From NCBI RefSeq assembly GCF_027921745.1, contig NC_079239.1, forward strand, positions 2,170,001 to 2,234,000: 64,000 nt of DNA, written 5' to 3'. Every line of letters begins with the position of its first letter. The first letter of the stretch is position 1. A program made the translations under genes and the position numbers. Below the pieces are notes generated by a model. The model made no database searches, was not told the origin of the DNA, and saw nothing but the letters and a program-made list of their open reading frames with translations. Origin of the DNA: Schizosaccharomyces osmophilus. Lineage: Eukaryota. Of the stretch, positions 60,208 to 64,000 are shown piece by piece.

Positions 60208-62380
60208 ATGATCCTTCGTTTTCATTTTCTTCCAAAGAGGACCTTTATAAGACTTACATCTCTCTTATTTTCTCCAGGTAAACGCTCGTTGTCCGGCGCG
60301 CCAGTGTTTGGTAAACCAGAGAAGCCGAGAGACGGTAAAGCAGCTTTGTCTGTCCTAGAAAGCATTCCCAGAGAACAAATTCGAAACTGGGCTGTTATTG
60401 CACATATTGATCATGGGAAGTCGACTTTAAGCGATTGTCTACTTAAACTCACCGGTGTTATCGATAAGAACAATGCCAAGAACCAATTTTTGGATAAATT
60501 AGCTGTCGAGAGGAGGAGAGGAATTACGGTGAAGGCCCAAACTTGCAGTATGATCTATCACTATCAGAATAAGCCTTACTTGCTTAACTTGATTGATACG
60601 CCGGGTCACGTTGATTTCCGTGAAGAAGTGATGCATAGTTTAGCAGCTTGTGAAGGATGTATATTACTTGTGGATGCATCTCAAGGAATCCAAGCTCAAA
60701 CGGTACGTCTATTAAGTGATACTTACGAACAGATGGACGCTTCTGATCACTTGTATTAAGAATACGTGAATTCTAGTAGGCATTCATACTAACGTAATGA
60801 CTATAGCTTTCTAATTTTTATATGGCCTTCGCCCAAAATCTTGTGGTTCTTCCCGTACTTAACAAAGTTGACTTGCCAACGGCAGATGTTGAGAAAACAC
60901 TAAATCAAATCGAGCAAACATTTGAGTTAGATGTATCTAATACACTATTTATATCTTCAAAATCAGGAAAAAACGTTGAAAAGATCTTACCTGAAATTGT
61001 TCACCACTTTCCTCCTCCAGAAGGCGATGAATCGAAGCCTCTACGAAGTCTTTTGATTGACTGTTGGTATAATAACTATCAGGGAGTAATTTCTTTAGTT
61101 CGACTTATGGATGGTACCCTGAAAAAGGGACAAAAATTATTGAGTGTCAATACAGGCAGAAAGTATGAAGTTCAGCAAGTCGGGATTATGTATCCTGATA
61201 TGACAGAAACAGCCGAATTACGTGCAGGACAAGTGGGATATGTTGTTTCAAATATGAAAAATATAGACGAGGCTATTATTGGAGATACCTTTACTACTGT
61301 AGGACAATCCGTCGAGCCTTTACCAGGCTTCTCAGTACCAAAGCCCATGGTTTTCGTAGGAGCCTTTCCAACAGACTCTTCTGATTTTGAGCGCTTAAAT
61401 GATTGTATAGAGCAATTAACTCTGAATGATCGTGCCATTCACGTGGAAAAAGAAACGTCGTCTGCTTTGGGCATGGGATGGAGATTAGGATTCTTGGGGA
61501 CTTTACATCTTTCCGTTTTTGTTGAGAGACTGCAAGATGAATATGATAGAAAGCTTGTAATAACCTCTCCTACGGTACCTTATCTTATTCGTTACCAGGA
61601 TGGCAAAGAAGAAATCGTATCTAATCCAAATGTGTTTCCCTCTCGACGGATGAGAAATCAAGAATTCTTTGAACCTATCGTTGAAGCGACCGTAATTATT
61701 CCCTCTGAATACTTAGGAGACGTTATCAAATTGTGTGAGTCCTGTCGGGGTCTTCAGTCAGATTGTACTTTTCTTTCGGAAACTAGATGCATGCTCAAGT
61801 ACCACATCCCTCTGGCACATTTGGTAGAAGATTTTTTTGGAAGATTAAAGGGTCAAACTAGTGGTTATGCTACTTTGGATTACGAAGATGCTGGATATGC
61901 TCCAGCAGACATTGTGAAGCTATCCGTTCATGTTAATGGTCAGTCGGTAGATGCGCTATGTACGGTGGTTCATCGTTCTTTGGCACTGAATCGAGGACGT
62001 GAATGGATCCACAGGCTACGCGATCTATTACCAAAGCAGTTATATGAGGTAGCAATTCAAGCTGTCGTAGAAAGCAAAGTACTAGCTCGATTAAACATTG
62101 CAGCTTTACGGAAAAACGTCACTGCTAAATGTTATGGTGGAGATTGGACTCGAAAGCAGAAACTACTAAACAAGCAAAAAGAGGGAAAGAGTCGCCTACG
62201 ACAAAGTAGTAATGTTTCAATTGATAAATCGGTAAGTCTTTGATTGCTTATAAATTGTACAAGGATGTTAGGCACTCGTTTTCTACTGGTGTTTTGATAT
62301 TCTCGAACGAATACATTTCCAACAGTTACTAACACATCCAGGTATTTTACCAATTTATGATGAAGAAAACATCAAATTAA
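60208..62380 (+). CDS. guf1: Mitochondrial translation factor Guf1 (LepA/EF4), 3 exons
   Basis: [27 protein letters not shown] and [12 protein letters not shown]. Last exon 62342-62380. Confidence 0.95.
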
Positions 62381-62464
62381 ATCAAAACTACGGAAATAAT
62401 AGTTTCTATTTTCGACCTACCTAACAACTTAATATTTAGGCATAGAGTTTACCGACTCTTTGTA

Positions 62465-62485
62465 CTTCTAGAAGCTTCTTAGAAG
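62465..62485. promoter_or_regulatory. Heat-shock element
   Basis: cTTCtaGAAgcTTCt forms three perfect inverted nGAAn units, about 240 nt upstream of the wis2 ATG. Confidence 0.75.
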
Positions 62486-62709
62486 ATTTTATTTCTTAAC
62501 CAGCTATTGTATATATTTCGTTGACAAAACAACCGTTCGTTAGGAAAACCAATTTTTGTTTAAATTCATTTAGCGTTCTATTTGCATAAGCAAGAGAGTA
62601 TACACCCTGAACTTGATAAATTCAATCTTTACACAGCACAAAAGACATTCTAAACAAACGATCATTTTGCAACAGAATTGAAAGGAAACAAATAAGTTAA
62701 TTTACCAAA

Positions 62710-63780
62710 ATGAGCACTTTTGCCTATTTTAAGATCAGCATTGACAAGAAGGTCCAACCAACGGTTTATTTCGAGTTGTTCGAAAACGTTGTCCCGAAGA
62801 CTGTCAAAAACTTTGCTTCACTTTGTGATGGATTTGAAAGAGACGGTCGTGAACTTACTTATAAGGGATCCCGTTTCCACCGTGTCATCAAGCAATTCAT
62901 GCTTCAAGGTGGTGATTTTACGCGTGGTAATGGAACTGGCGGAGAAAGCATTTATGGTGAAAAATTTGAAGACGAAAACTTTGAATTAAAGCACGATAAG
63001 CCTTTTTTGTTGTCAATGGCAAATGCAGGACCAAACACTAACGGCTCTCAATTCTTCATTACTACTGTTCCTACTCCTCACTTGGACGGTAAGCATGTAG
63101 TCTTTGGTCGCGTTGTTGGTGGAAAGTCTACCGTCCGTGCTATTGAAAATATGGATACCACTAGCGATGATCCAGTTGTTCCAGTTGTCATTGAAGAGTG
63201 TGGCACTTGCAGCGAAGAGCAAATTGAACCTCCTCAACCTGATATTACTGGCGACGCTCTTGACGAATACCCAGCTGACTATGAGGGCGACAAGTCTGAG
63301 ACTGCTATATTCAAGATTGCTAGTGATTTGAAGAAGATTGGCAATACTCAATTTGCACAACAGAATTTGGACTTGGCTGTTGTCAAATGGCAAAAGGCTT
63401 TACGTTACCTTGCTGAACATCCTGTTCGCAATGACGACTCTCAGCAGCCCGATAAGTTTTGGCAAGAATACTTCAGTCTGAAATACAGTCTTTATCTCAA
63501 TATAGCTCTTATTGCTTTGAAGCAAAACAATGCCAAAGAGGTTATCCGCAATTGCGATATTGTTGTGAATGCCGACGGTGCTACCGTGTTGGAAAAACAA
63601 AAGGCTTACTACCGCCTTGGAAGTGCTCATAGCATTTTGAAGAACTTTGATGAAGCTGAAGAATTTTTGGCAAAAGCTGGGAAAGATGCTGGCGTCACTA
63701 AAAAAATTGCCGAAGTTCGTCAACAAAAGCAAGATTTCAAGAAGCGTCAACAAAAGGCTTTCTCTAAAATGTTTCAGTAA
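62710..63780 (+). CDS. wis2: Cyclophilin-40 (PPIase + TPR) Wis2
   Basis: [33 protein letters not shown] and C-terminal TPR helices. Confidence 0.96.
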   Translation: MSTFAYFKISIDKKVQPTVYFELFENVVPKTVKNFASLCDGFERDGRELTYKGSRFHRVIKQFMLQGGDFTRGNGTGGESIYGEKFEDENFELKHDKPFLLSMANAGPNTNGSQFFITTVPTPHLDGKHVVFGRVVGGKSTVRAIENMDTTSDDPVVPVVIEECGTCSEEQIEPPQPDITGDALDEYPADYEGDKSETAIFKIASDLKKIGNTQFAQQNLDLAVVKWQKALRYLAEHPVRNDDSQQPDKFWQEYFSLKYSLYLNIALIALKQNNAKEVIRNCDIVVNADGATVLEKQKAYYRLGSAHSILKNFDEAEEFLAKAGKDAGVTKKIAEVRQQKQDFKKRQQKAFSKMFQ

Positions 63781-64000
63781 AACTATTGAGTCAGTATGAA
63801 AAGCAACAAAGTCACGAGCCAAAGGCTAATAATGGTTTATGTTAATAATAAATTTCTTTTTTTTTTTTTTTTTTTTGTTTTTTCTTCATGCTACTGATGT
63901 TTGAATAAATAGATGATGAATGTATGCTCATTTTTTTTAACTACAGACGGAAGAAGTAAGGATAAGGAAGACAGATCCTGCAATTAAGAATAATCATAGA

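Noticed and set aside
1..64000. Mobile elements, wtf-type drivers, 5S rDNA, CRISPR-like arrays
   Set aside because: No RT/integrase ORFs, long direct repeats, 5S sequence or spaced repeat arrays seen by eye. Highly degenerate solo LTRs could have been missed.

Overview
Eukaryotic, AT-rich, gene-dense DNA with short GT..CTAAC..YAG introns. It comes from a fission yeast (Schizosaccharomyces, but not S. pombe itself; probably the octosporus/cryophilus/osmophilus clade). From recalled S. pombe protein sequences and gene order it is collinear with the chromosome I block alp7 - SPAC1952 - SPAC1B3. About 36 protein-coding genes are supported, including alp7 (3' end), rga9, rec24, ned1, ure2, ach1, rad1, gcn5, clr2, vht1, vma3, nan1, rpb10, ypt4, vps28, not3, guf1 and wis2. 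I found no tRNA, rRNA, transposon, LTR or CRISPR array. Most of the window is housekeeping genes and I cannot claim a wholly new system. The most interesting signals are in RNA. The long first introns of the divergent pair nan1/rpb10 can fold into nested stems, and in rpb10 one stem covers a decoy branch site that would give a premature stop. A C/D-box RNA with no identified target sits in a vma3 intron. A second C/D snoRNA (18S G562-equivalent guide) sits in the intron of a host transcript encoding only M-K-H. A spliced uORF ends 1 nt before the rec24 ATG. Two small spliced genes are absent from the ORF track. All orthology calls come from recognition, not from database searches.
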